From contig CAYYLC010000004.1 of NCBI GenBank assembly GCA_964472415.1, forward strand, positions 33,110-97,109: a DNA stretch of 64,000 nucleotides, written 5' to 3'. Source of the stretch: an uncultured Gammaproteobacteria bacterium (GTDB taxonomy: Bacteria; Patescibacteriota; Microgenomatia; Levybacterales; GWA1-39-11). Position 1 is the first letter of the stretch, and each line of letters opens with the position of its first letter. Below are positions 49,527-60,037 of the stretch, in pieces. Both the position numbers and the translations under genes were made by a program. The notes beneath the pieces are model-generated. The model did not search any database. It was not told where the DNA came from and worked only from the letters and a program-made list of their open reading frames with translations.

Positions 49527-49925
49527 TTATTTTCGCTTCTTTTTAGTGCCAAGCGTTATCGTAACATGATCTATGGTCGCCTCAAATCTTCCAAGAAATT
49601 GCGCCCACTGCGGATCTTTTTCAAGCCTACCAAAAAACATCTTGACCCCACTCCCTTTAGCTTTTAACTTTTCATTCATTCGCCACACGGTGGGCGTAGA
49701 TACATTGAGAACTTTCGCGATTGTCCGTTGATCATAACCTTTCAAAAGCATGAATGCTACAGTAAGCCGCTTTGAAATAATAGTTCGCTCCGTACTACTC
49801 AGAATATCTTGGAAAAAAAAGGCAGACTCTGTTTGCCCACTAAGCTCACTCACTCCTTTCAAGAATAAATCAGATACTCCTTCCTCAATACTCTTTTCAA
49901 GTTTCCGTTTAGAAGTTTGAGCCAT
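49527..49925 (-). CDS. TrpR/YerC/YecD-family HTH protein
   Basis: 'ERTIISKRLTVAFMLLKGYDQRTIAKVLNVSTPTVWR' matches the TrpR-like YerC/YecD family. Confidence 0.6.
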   Translation of the reverse strand: MAQTSKRKLEKSIEEGVSDLFLKGVSELSGQTESAFFFQDILSSTERTIISKRLTVAFMLLKGYDQRTIAKVLNVSTPTVWRMNEKLKAKGSGVKMFFGRLEKDPQWAQFLGRFEATIDHVTITLGTKKKRK

Positions 49926-50019
49926 AAATATAGATTACACGATTTAAGTCGATGTTGCAATACTTTTATTTTTTCACCCCCAACTCCAACTCTAAGATCT
50001 TTTATGATATTATTAGGAG

Positions 50020-50622
50020 ATGAGCTATCTCACCAAATATATAGCGGTTATTCTCTCCTTCCTTTTCACCGGGATCATAAAAAGTAGCCCACTCGAATCC
50101 CAAATGGGTTTTATCCTCGCTGCGCTCATTATCTTTGCCATCATATACATAATAAGCCAACGAAGAAATCCTACATTTAACAAACTCTTCTCTGGCAACC
50201 CCCCTGAAATATTTTTTATTAGTAGCATCGTAATTCTTATGATAGAAGTATCGGGAGGAGCGAACTCATCACTCTACTTTTTGAGCTATTTTCTCTTGTT
50301 TGGCCTCCCCTTAATTAGCACACCTTATATGTCTCTCGCAGTGACGCTCTGCTTTATAGCATTCTATATGCCAGATCTCCTCCGAAGCTTTAACACTGAT
50401 ATAATCCTCAAGATAGGCTCATTTCTCCTCCTCCTCCCTTTATCGTATTTTCTTTCAAATGAGCTCATGAAACGCTCTCGTGAAAATGAAGACCTCAAAG
50501 ATCTTGCAGAAAAAATTGAACTCGAGGCAACAGAGTTGGAAGCAAATGAAGCTGATATGCATGAGAGGGAAAAGCTCGACGAGATCATAGAATCCGCTGA
50601 AAAAATAAAGGATCAATCATGA
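50020..50622 (+). CDS. hypothetical membrane protein with acidic coiled-coil tail
   Basis: 4 TM helices and a C-terminal E/D-rich helix. Its stop overlaps the start of the next gene (ATGA). Confidence 0.4.
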   Translation: MSYLTKYIAVILSFLFTGIIKSSPLESQMGFILAALIIFAIIYIISQRRNPTFNKLFSGNPPEIFFISSIVILMIEVSGGANSSLYFLSYFLLFGLPLISTPYMSLAVTLCFIAFYMPDLLRSFNTDIILKIGSFLLLLPLSYFLSNELMKRSRENEDLKDLAEKIELEATELEANEADMHEREKLDEIIESAEKIKDQS

Positions 50623-51377
50623 ATAGCTTATCTCGCCTTCTTATAGCCTCAGGAATTACCATTAGCAGTCTCTCTATTCTTATGATAGGAACACAAGTTT
50701 ACGCCCAACAAGGTGGTGGCAGACTCTCTAATGATCAATACATCTTACATGAGGGGAACTTCAACTATACTTCTGGAAAAGGAGCAAATGATGAATTTGA
50801 CCTCACATTTACAGGTGGCGAGATCGCTCAAGGTCAATTTTCTGGAGATAATTATACGGTATATTCAGGTTTCCAATACTATTACACGATTATCCCTTTT
50901 GAGTTTTCTGTTTCGAGTCAATTCATAGATTTTGGCCCTCTAATTCCAGGAACTCCGGTAACACGCACAAATCGCCTTACACTGTCAAATGGATCAGCAT
51001 TTGGGTATGAAGTACTTGCATATGAGAATCATGCTCTGAGAATAGACTCTACAGGCGTAGATATACCCGACACCACTTGCGACTCAGGAACGTGCTCGGA
51101 AACCACAAGCGATGAATGGGTCACAAATACTACATATGGATTCGGGTATCGATGTGAGAACATTACCGGCTCTGAATGTAATGCAGCCTTTACTCCTAAT
51201 TCTTATAAGCAATTTTCAAATCTTGAGCAAAATGAAACACCTGAGGCTGTTATGAGCGGTGATGATGTCGGAGAAGGATTTGAGGTAGAAATGATTTACA
51301 AAGTCAATGTATCTTCCACACAGCCTGCAGGGCTCTATCAAAACCACATTACCTATATCGCAACGCCAAGCATATAA
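50619..51377 (+). CDS. secreted protein with WxL-like domain (short paralog of 35031/37573 C-terminal domain)
   Basis: Signal peptide (VYA|QQ), 'FEFSVSSQFIDFGPLIPG' and a terminal 'YQNHITYIATPSI', the same C-terminal signature as the 35-39 kb paralogs. Confidence 0.4.
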   Translation: MNSLSRLLIASGITISSLSILMIGTQVYAQQGGGRLSNDQYILHEGNFNYTSGKGANDEFDLTFTGGEIAQGQFSGDNYTVYSGFQYYYTIIPFEFSVSSQFIDFGPLIPGTPVTRTNRLTLSNGSAFGYEVLAYENHALRIDSTGVDIPDTTCDSGTCSETTSDEWVTNTTYGFGYRCENITGSECNAAFTPNSYKQFSNLEQNETPEAVMSGDDVGEGFEVEMIYKVNVSSTQPAGLYQNHITYIATPSI

Positions 51378-51692
51378 CATCCTCCATTTCACGGATAAAT
51401 CACCTACAATTGCATACTTTCATGAGTAAACAAGATTGTAAGAATTAAGTAAATTTAATTTATACTGATATATCAATCTAAAGTAAAATTGTGAATTGTT
51501 ATCATCATACTATGTATTCTGCTAAATTCTTATCATGTGGAAAATACCCATTATAAGAATCTGTTGATACTTTTTGATATATTAAATGAAATGTGAAATT
51601 TGAGCTCATGAAAATCGTGGATATATACCGAATTATTCCAATATGATGAAAATTACTAGAAACTTGAAGCTATTCTGGAATGAAAATATTTC

Positions 51693-52745
51693 GTGGAATA
51701 TCATAAACAATCCCACGTTTTTTTCTTTGAATTACCGTACGCAATATACGATAATATCTATATGCAAAAACATTTCCTGGTAGCATTGTTCTTATTGCTT
51801 GCTATAGCACCCACTGCAAATGCACAACAATTTCATGTTGGAATAGAGCCTACGAGTATCTATATTGACGCCACTCCACCCTCAAATGTACAAGCACCCT
51901 TCCTCCTTAAAAATCTTTCAGGGAGAAACGTCGAACTGAAGCCAAAGCTCATCCCTTTTGAACCAGACATGAATGGGAAGGTAAAACTTCTTATTAACGA
52001 AGGGCAAAACCTTGACTCAATTATCCGTGAAAGACTTACAATTATTGATGAAAATGAAGCTATTGGCTCGATACACCTTACCCCTGGAGAGACCAAACAA
52101 CTTCGCCTCTTTCTCGAACTGAAGCCGGGAGATCCTGTAGGTGACTATTATTTCAGCCTCGTTTTTATGGCTGAAGGAAATGAGCTCGACCAAACCAGCA
52201 CATCTTCAATTCCTGCTGGAATCACTACGAACGTAATGCTCTCCATTGGCCCAAAAGAGCCACCTTCAGCTTCAATACAAGAGTTTTCTACAAACTCATT
52301 CACAACCAAAGGTCCAGTCGCATTCAGCCTCAAAGTAGAAAATAATGGCAACCATCTCATCCAGCCAAAAGGCACCATTGCTATTAAAAATATGCTTGGA
52401 AAAGAAGTAGGGAGGCTCGAAATATTGCCCCAATATCTTCTTGCAAACTCAAGCCGACTCCTCATTGATTCAAATCAAGCCTCTCCTTCGGCTCAAATAG
52501 ACTCATTCATACAAGACCTAGAACTCACTCAACCTGCAGCTATATGGGGAGAGAAATTCCTTTTCGGATTCTATACTGCTGAGGCGAGACTCACATTTGA
52601 TAATAGCAATGAACCTATCTCACAAAAAACGCAGTTTCTCGCGATTCCCCTTCAAGTAATCTTTTTCCTATCGGGAGTTATTTTTATAACTTTAGGCATT
52701 CTCCTCCGCGTAAAGCTTCGAATAAGAAGAAAAAATACTCCATAA
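51693..52745 (+). CDS. DUF916/DUF3324-like cell-surface protein with C-terminal TM anchor (paralog of 36580..37563)
   Basis: 'IAIKNMLGKEVGRLEI' parallels 'IIIRNMFGKEIARHEF'. It has a signal peptide and a C-terminal TM helix plus an RIRRKNTP tail. The true start is probably the internal Met 'MQKHFLVALFLLL'. Confidence 0.4.
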   Translation: MEYHKQSHVFFFELPYAIYDNIYMQKHFLVALFLLLAIAPTANAQQFHVGIEPTSIYIDATPPSNVQAPFLLKNLSGRNVELKPKLIPFEPDMNGKVKLLINEGQNLDSIIRERLTIIDENEAIGSIHLTPGETKQLRLFLELKPGDPVGDYYFSLVFMAEGNELDQTSTSSIPAGITTNVMLSIGPKEPPSASIQEFSTNSFTTKGPVAFSLKVENNGNHLIQPKGTIAIKNMLGKEVGRLEILPQYLLANSSRLLIDSNQASPSAQIDSFIQDLELTQPAAIWGEKFLFGFYTAEARLTFDNSNEPISQKTQFLAIPLQVIFFLSGVIFITLGILLRVKLRIRRKNTP

Positions 52746-53451
52746 TATCTTAGAATAAAAATATATTCTCCCATATATTAAGAACTCTATTATAAAAATA
52801 AAGGACTATATTTTTTTTCTATATGCCACAATAAAATACGCAATAATTACCAATAGTACTCAAATACCATATCAAGAAAAGATAAATTAGTATATGATAT
52901 ATTTATCACTCTATATTCTCATTTGACAATCAATATCTTATATTATTAATTTCCCCATATTATTTCTAATTTTCATTTATAATTAGAACGTCATTATAAC
53001 TTCCAGAGTTTAAAACTGTGCGGTAATTACGTGAAAAAATTGCAAGAGGCTCAGCCGTTCCATGAAATTTCACAGCCTCTACTGTCTTTCCCCGCATAAT
53101 TGAGGCTAAAGACATGATACATGATTCTATTTGATATTGTTTGATATTATTTTTTTTCACATGCGGTAAATCGTTTGTTTACGTGCAAAGAGCGTGGAAG
53201 TCTCCTTATTTAATTTTTACGGAGTTTTCATCAGTCTCTTACCAAGTAAATGAATATATCAAAATAGATAAAACTATAAACTACAAAATAGGGTCCTGTT
53301 GACAGCTATCATGCACACATACTAACCTAGTATTAGTCCTATGTATAATCGATATAATCAGTATAATCTTCACCTCAAACAGCGGATATGCGGTAATCTT
53401 TTTGTTTTTTCAAAAAAAGATTTAATTTCCTAATTTCACACGAATTTATTT

Positions 53452-56400
53452 ATGGAATTTATTGCACTTTTCAAAGACTATCTTTCAAAGAAGAAAATAA
53501 CAAACAAGACGACTGTCAAAAACTATCTCTCTGATATTCGTCATTTTGTGAATTGGTATGAGAAATCATTTGGTATCGCCTTTTCTCCAACAGAATTTAC
53601 CGATGATATTATAAAGCTCTATGAAGGATCTTCTGGTGCTCCGATCCTGGGTGGAAATATTTCAACAGAGAACAAGCTCTCACACTCCTCCCTGAAGCGC
53701 CATCTTTCCTCATTGAGAAAGTTTGCACTATTTCTGACAGAAAATAAACAAGTAGAGAAGAATCCATTTCATCAAGGAAAGGTTAATGGACAGGACTCGA
53801 CACCTGTCGATATTTGGCATATTCAGGAATTCAAAGATTACCTGAAATTTAAGAAAGCATCCCCTCTAACAATAAAGAACTATCTCACAGATATACATTC
53901 TTTCCGGAGATGGTATGAGAACTCTCTCGGGGAGAATTCTGAAGATTTAAGCTTTCCTCGTATCAATAATACGATCGTTTCTGAATACAAAACCCGCCTC
54001 CACGAATATAAAGGTGCTGCACCACGCACAATTAACCGAAAGCTTTCTTCTCTAAGAAAATATGTTGAATTTGCCATCGGCGCATACTACATGAGTGAAA
54101 ACACACTCCATGAAACGACTGCCACAAAACCATTCCTCATCTCCGAAAATGAGGCCAAAGAAGAGAATAAGCTATCACTTACTGAGATAAAATCCCACAA
54201 AATCAATCTAAACTATTCCTCCTTTCCCCCTATCAGACTTATCCAAACTCTGATAATTCTGCCCTATCTCTTCCTTGAAGGATTTCTCGCAGCAAAAATT
54301 GCAGAACTTCTCGGAACAGTAGCACCCCTCACTCTTGCTGCACAGAAACTTACTCCAGCTCCAAAAATATCCTCAATTCCCACCAAACCTTCTGAACTTT
54401 TAAAGGTAAAAGGATATGAGAAAAAGTTCTACGCTCCCCAAGATATTTCCACGAGCAATCTCTCGTCTCCTGAAAAAATCTGGCATAAACTAAAACACAA
54501 TAGACCGAAATGGTATAAAAAATATCATAATACTCCAATAGTTCACTATATTCATTTTGCGATTCTTATCATTTTTGCTGCAGGGGTCGGAGTTGCGCTC
54601 TATAGAAACTTAGTAACTGATACAAAAAGCCCACTCTTTGCAGCCCCCACCTCTCCACCTCGAGTACTCTCCTTCCAAGGTCGGCTTACTGATAATTTGA
54701 ATAATCCCATAACCACTGCGACTGATATTCGCTTCGCGATATATGATGATATTGCAGCATCCGGGTCTGCACTGCTCTGGCAAGAAGTCCATCACGCAAC
54801 AAATCCTGACCAAGATGGAATTTTTTCTGTTTTACTCGGAACTCAAACTGCGATTCCTGATAGTGTATTTTTAGAAAATAATGACATCTATTTAGGAGTA
54901 ACGATCGAACAAACAGAAGAATTAGCACCTCGGAGAAGAATTGCATCAGTTCCCTATGCCGCAAATTCAGAAAGCCTCCAAGGAATGCGCCCCATCACTG
55001 ACACAAGCGCTGGAACCACAAACGTTGTTCTTGCACTCGATTCTTCTGGAGATCTCACAATAGGCGGAGCCGCAAATCCAACATTTTCCGCAACAGGAGG
55101 CCAATTCTCTCTTTCCGGCGATATTTTACTCCTGACAACCGAAACCGGCACAGATTCAAACATAGTACTCTCTCCTGATGGAATCGGTCAGATTGATTTG
55201 CAGAAAACGCTTGTAAATACTTCAACTAACGGAAATCTTGTCCCTGGGGGAGTAGAAGTTAATGATAAATTTGGTGTACTTGCTACAGAATCTGCAGTTG
55301 CCGCATTTATCGTGAATAATGACGGGCTTTCAGATATTTTCACTGCATCCGCATCAGGTGCAACCCGTTTTACTATAGAAAGTGATGGAACATTGATTGC
55401 TCCTAACTACAATACTGCCGGAGGAGTACTCTGGGCAAATGGAAGCGGAGAGATTAACCAATCAACAGGTGGCCTCTCTGGACAATGCCTCCAATCTACT
55501 GGGGGAACTGCTCCCACGTGGGGAGCATGTGACAGCTCGGCTGGTGGTATGTTCCAAGAGCTTGCTGGTGCGATCATACCAAACAATACAACACTTGATT
55601 TTCTCCTCGGTGGAACCGCTACCTCATCCGCCAAATTCTCGGTTCTTAACATGAATTCGGGAACACCAATCGCATCAATATCGGCAAATTTTGGTAACAA
55701 CGCAACCTACCTAACTGGAGATGGAACTCTTGCAACTACAAACCGTCGTGATCTTATCCTCGGAAACTCCTCCTCCTATAATACAACGGGGAATGTTCTT
55801 ATAAACACGAACGGAACAGGGAGAGTCGGGATTGGTACAGGAGCACCATCAACCAAACTTGATGTAAATGGATCAGGAGGCGTAGCGCTATTTGGAACTG
55901 CAAGTCTTGTTGATCAATATATCTCCCTAAGAAGTCCCTCAACGGGAGTATCATTTGGTATTGATGCAAATCTCAATGGAGGAAGCGGCGCGGGACTCAT
56001 ACAAGCAGGGACCAGCAAAGCCCTCGCGTTTGATGCAAACAATGGAACATTCGGCTCTGCCACCACGCCAGATTTATATATTGATACTACAGGGTATGTT
56101 GGGATTGGTGATGCATCACCTACTGCTCTTTTCACGGTAGGAAATGGTGACCTTTTCCAAGTTAACGCAAGCGGCGCAATTGCAGCCGCAACGGGAATAA
56201 CTTCATCTGGCACTATCACCCTTTCAAATCTTAATACAAATGGAGGAATACTATACGCAAACGGATCAGGAGTACTTACCCAAACCGGAGCTGGTACCTC
56301 TTCTCAATGTCTTCTCGGTGGCACTACTCCTACATGGGGAACATGCGCTGATGGAGCTGGCGCATTTACGATCGATGCAGCAAATGGACTAACTGTCCAG

Positions 56401-59400
56401 AATAACACAACCACAGACTTTCTGATCGGAGGGACAGCAACAAGTAGTGCGAAATTTGCATTAACAAATGTGGATTCTGGTCCTCCTACATTTACTGTAG
56501 GGAGTGGGGATCCGATATTGAAAGGGACGTATAATACGAGCGGAGGTGTTGAGGACATCTATGTATCTGGAAAATATGTGTATGTAGCGGATGGCAGCTC
56601 TGGCCTACAGATAATAGACGCATCGGATCCTTCATCTCCAACACTTGTTGGAACATACGATACAAGTGGGAATGCACTCGGGGTTCATGTATCGGGTAAA
56701 TATGCATACATCGCAGACGATACTGTAGGACTTCGAATCATCGACATCTCGGATCCTTCATCTCCAACACTTGTTGGAACATACAATACAAGTGGGAATG
56801 CTCGGAGCATTTATGTCTCAGGAAAATATGCGTATGTAGCAGACGGATTTTCTGGCCTACATATCATTGACATCTCGGATCCTTCGTCACCAACTCTTAC
56901 GGGAACATATGACACAAGTGGATACAGCTACGATGTCTATGTCTCAGGAAAATATGCGTATGTAGCAGATGATAGTGACTTGAAGATCATCGACATCTCG
57001 GATCCTTCATCTCCAACACTTGTTGGAACATACAATACAAGTGGGAATGCTCGGAGCATTTATGTCTCAGGAAAATATGCGTATGTAGGAGATCTAAGCT
57101 CTGGGATTCAGATTGTAAACATCTCGGATCCTTCGTCACCAACTCTTACAGCAGATGGTCCTGGAGGAGCTCATGATGTCTATGTCTCAGGAAAATATGC
57201 ATATGTGCCAAATGGAACGGGCGACTTTCAGCTTATTGACATCTCGGATCCTTCGTCACCAACTCTTACGGGAACATATGACACAAGTGGAGACGCTCGG
57301 AGCATTTATGTCTCAGGAAAATATGCGTATGTAGGAGATCTAAGCTCTGGTCTTCAAATTCTCGAACTCCCCGGCATAGACACTCCGACACTACATACAG
57401 GGAATATTGAAACAGGAAGTATTACCATAACTGAAAATGCAGATATAGGAAACAACCTATATGTACATAATGGACTGAATGTAGGAAATGGTGGTATTTA
57501 TTCACAGGGAGCACTCGGTATATTTTCAGGAACTTCTGGGACAAATCTTATCCAAGGAAATCCTACTGGAAAAGCACTTCTTACCTTGAATAATACCGGT
57601 GGATCTGATATCTTCACCGCCTCTGCTTCCGGTACTACTCTCTTTACCATAACGAATGCTGGAGGATTACGGCTTGGAACAGATGAAGGGACTTCTGGTG
57701 AGTGCCTGCTTTCAGGTGGTGTTGGAGCAGGTGCAAGCTGGGGATCGTGTGGCGCATCTTCCCAATGGACTACCACTGGATCTGATATTTACTACAATAC
57801 CGGGAATGTGGGAATCGGAACATCTGACATAACTGCAAAATTTGAAATATTATCCAACCTTGGCACTGGACATGCAGCATCAATTTCTGCTATAACTGCC
57901 AAATCATCACTTCTCGTCACCAATGATGGAACCGGAGATCTTATCACCGCATCTGCCTCTGGTAGCACAAAGTTCACTGTAGATAATGAGGGAAATATTT
58001 ACCTTTATGGGCAGATTATCGGTATGGGGGCTGACTTTGCTGAATATTATGAAAAAGAAGATTCTGATGAAGAATTTCTTGCAGGAAGTTTAGTATGTCT
58101 TGCAATAAACGGTACTGTTACAAATTGCAAAAATTCAGATACTACTCAGAAATTACTCGGCGTCGTATCAGACAATGCAATTATTGCAGGTAATGGAGAT
58201 AAAAAGGACGACAATAACTATGTCCTTGTAGGGCTTTTAGGACAGCTCCATGTACGGGTCACAGGAGATATACAAGCTGGAGATCCACTCACGATGTCTA
58301 ATCTTTCTGGCGTCGCAGAAAAAGCAACACAAGAAGGATTTATCATCGGATATGCCATGGAATCAAGTTCAAACACCAAAGATCGAATTATTACATCAAT
58401 TAAGTCGACGTACTACAATCCAAATCTCGCGCTCAATATCGCAGGTGACAATGCAGAAGAATTTGCTGCATCGCTCAATATAAAAAATACTGATGGAACA
58501 ATTGCTATTACTGATGTATCAGGAGCTATCATAAAACGTGCAGAGGCATTCTCACACGTCATCTCAGCAAATATAAATGCCGGAATTGTAAACGCACAAA
58601 AAGTTACGGGAAATGTTATAACAGGTACTACTGGTGCATTCCAAAGCCTTACTGCAACAACTGCAAACATCACCTCTGCCTCATTCAATTCGATTAGTAT
58701 TGGTTCAGAAAATGTTCTTATAGCAGGAACTTCTCTTCGCGACTATATCGCAGAGATCGTTGCAGAAAACATTGAAAATGTAAACTTTTCAAATGGTGAG
58801 GAAATCATTTCCCCGCTTGCCTCAATCGACCAGATAAATACGAATATTATCTCCCCACTTGCTGATGACAGTAGTGTGGAGATCGAACTGAAAAAAGATA
58901 GTATTGCGATACATAATACTGAAACTCAAGAAACCGTAGCTGAAATTGATCATGAGGGGAATGCTCGTTTTATCGGAGACATTGAAGCAAATGATGCAAC
59001 ATTTTCAGGGACACTATCAGCTGATAGAATAATCGCAGGAAATATCGATGGACTTGACGAGAAAATCTCTTCTATCGCAGGAAGCCTTGCACAGAACCAT
59101 CCTACTCCATCCTCACCTTCAGCAGATATCACTTCTACAGACGAATTTCAGGTGGGGAATCTCTATGCAGATCTTGGGATTTATTCGGAAGGATTAACGA
59201 TCCTGGGCACTACTACCACAAGTCAACTTACTGCAATGGATAGTATTGCAGTAGGGACTGGATTCGTGATAAACGAAAATTCAATCAATACATTGGGGAA
59301 AACACTTGAAATTCAACCGCTCCGTCAAGGAGCCATCAGCTTCATGGCTGGAAAAGTAATTATTGATACCGACGGAAACATGAATATCAATGGGAATCTT

Positions 59401-59934
59401 AATATTGCAGGAATTTTAAATGCTACAGAAGGAATCTTCTCAAGTATCCAAACGCATAGCCTCGCAACGAACATTATCTCTCCACTTCCAGACTCAGACT
59501 TGGTAATCCAGCTCGGAAATGATAGTAGCGCATCTACTTCGGGGAATGTACGATTCGCAAACACAAAAGGAGAAGAAGTCCTCAAAATTTCCGGTGAAGG
59601 GGACATCGTCTCATCAGGATCTGCGACATTTGAGAAGCTCAGCTTTAACTTAGTCGGTGAAGCAATTGCTAGCTCAGACACCACAGCTATCGCCACAAGC
59701 TCCGCCGGATTCGCAACTATCCAAAAAAATAGACCAGAGCTTACTATCTATAATGAAAAGATCACAAAAGATTCATTGATTTACATAACTCCGATAGGAA
59801 ACATTCAGGACAAATCCATACATCTTCTACGCCAAGTCCCTCATACAGAGGGAAGTGATGGCAGCTTTACCGTAGGAGCATCAGGAACCCCTGCAACTCA
59901 AGATATCCAATTCAACTGGCTGATTGTGAATTAA
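53452..59934 (+). CDS. giant (2160 aa) membrane protein: tandem tyrosine-recombinase core-binding-like (SAM-like) N-terminal domains, one TM helix, extracellular LVIVD-repeat beta-propeller and fibre-like C-terminal region
   Basis: Residues ~1-100 and ~120-230 each match the integrase N-terminal core-binding pattern (KNYLSDIRHFVNWY...; TIKNYLTDIHSFRRWY...TINRKLSSLRKYVEF). A TM helix 'IVHYIHFAILIIFAAGVGVALY' follows. There are at least 9 LVIVD repeats ('SGKYAYVAD...L.IIDISDPSSPTL.GTY.TSG'). Confidence 0.6.
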   Translation: MEFIALFKDYLSKKKITNKTTVKNYLSDIRHFVNWYEKSFGIAFSPTEFTDDIIKLYEGSSGAPILGGNISTENKLSHSSLKRHLSSLRKFALFLTENKQVEKNPFHQGKVNGQDSTPVDIWHIQEFKDYLKFKKASPLTIKNYLTDIHSFRRWYENSLGENSEDLSFPRINNTIVSEYKTRLHEYKGAAPRTINRKLSSLRKYVEFAIGAYYMSENTLHETTATKPFLISENEAKEENKLSLTEIKSHKINLNYSSFPPIRLIQTLIILPYLFLEGFLAAKIAELLGTVAPLTLAAQKLTPAPKISSIPTKPSELLKVKGYEKKFYAPQDISTSNLSSPEKIWHKLKHNRPKWYKKYHNTPIVHYIHFAILIIFAAGVGVALYRNLVTDTKSPLFAAPTSPPRVLSFQGRLTDNLNNPITTATDIRFAIYDDIAASGSALLWQEVHHATNPDQDGIFSVLLGTQTAIPDSVFLENNDIYLGVTIEQTEELAPRRRIASVPYAANSESLQGMRPITDTSAGTTNVVLALDSSGDLTIGGAANPTFSATGGQFSLSGDILLLTTETGTDSNIVLSPDGIGQIDLQKTLVNTSTNGNLVPGGVEVNDKFGVLATESAVAAFIVNNDGLSDIFTASASGATRFTIESDGTLIAPNYNTAGGVLWANGSGEINQSTGGLSGQCLQSTGGTAPTWGACDSSAGGMFQELAGAIIPNNTTLDFLLGGTATSSAKFSVLNMNSGTPIASISANFGNNATYLTGDGTLATTNRRDLILGNSSSYNTTGNVLINTNGTGRVGIGTGAPSTKLDVNGSGGVALFGTASLVDQYISLRSPSTGVSFGIDANLNGGSGAGLIQAGTSKALAFDANNGTFGSATTPDLYIDTTGYVGIGDASPTALFTVGNGDLFQVNASGAIAAATGITSSGTITLSNLNTNGGILYANGSGVLTQTGAGTSSQCLLGGTTPTWGTCADGAGAFTIDAANGLTVQNNTTTDFLIGGTATSSAKFALTNVDSGPPTFTVGSGDPILKGTYNTSGGVEDIYVSGKYVYVADGSSGLQIIDASDPSSPTLVGTYDTSGNALGVHVSGKYAYIADDTVGLRIIDISDPSSPTLVGTYNTSGNARSIYVSGKYAYVADGFSGLHIIDISDPSSPTLTGTYDTSGYSYDVYVSGKYAYVADDSDLKIIDISDPSSPTLVGTYNTSGNARSIYVSGKYAYVGDLSSGIQIVNISDPSSPTLTADGPGGAHDVYVSGKYAYVPNGTGDFQLIDISDPSSPTLTGTYDTSGDARSIYVSGKYAYVGDLSSGLQILELPGIDTPTLHTGNIETGSITITENADIGNNLYVHNGLNVGNGGIYSQGALGIFSGTSGTNLIQGNPTGKALLTLNNTGGSDIFTASASGTTLFTITNAGGLRLGTDEGTSGECLLSGGVGAGASWGSCGASSQWTTTGSDIYYNTGNVGIGTSDITAKFEILSNLGTGHAASISAITAKSSLLVTNDGTGDLITASASGSTKFTVDNEGNIYLYGQIIGMGADFAEYYEKEDSDEEFLAGSLVCLAINGTVTNCKNSDTTQKLLGVVSDNAIIAGNGDKKDDNNYVLVGLLGQLHVRVTGDIQAGDPLTMSNLSGVAEKATQEGFIIGYAMESSSNTKDRIITSIKSTYYNPNLALNIAGDNAEEFAASLNIKNTDGTIAITDVSGAIIKRAEAFSHVISANINAGIVNAQKVTGNVITGTTGAFQSLTATTANITSASFNSISIGSENVLIAGTSLRDYIAEIVAENIENVNFSNGEEIISPLASIDQINTNIISPLADDSSVEIELKKDSIAIHNTETQETVAEIDHEGNARFIGDIEANDATFSGTLSADRIIAGNIDGLDEKISSIAGSLAQNHPTPSSPSADITSTDEFQVGNLYADLGIYSEGLTILGTTTTSQLTAMDSIAVGTGFVINENSINTLGKTLEIQPLRQGAISFMAGKVIIDTDGNMNINGNLNIAGILNATEGIFSSIQTHSLATNIISPLPDSDLVIQLGNDSSASTSGNVRFANTKGEEVLKISGEGDIVSSGSATFEKLSFNLVGEAIASSDTTAIATSSAGFATIQKNRPELTIYNEKITKDSLIYITPIGNIQDKSIHLLRQVPHTEGSDGSFTVGASGTPATQDIQFNWLIVN

Positions 59935-60037
59935 AAATACACATATAATAAAGCTCTCTTCTAAAATAGATACTACCCATAATAAAATATTACAGATATG
60001 GAGAATTTGAGGCTAAGATAGAAAACACTCTGACAGA

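Noticed and set aside
53880-59700. Numerous 60-120-aa antisense or out-of-frame ORFs inside the 2160-aa gene (e.g. 54610..54813, 55407..55700, 59325..59696).
   Set aside because: They are embedded in a continuous 6.5-kb ORF with clear domain content. They are typical shadow ORFs.
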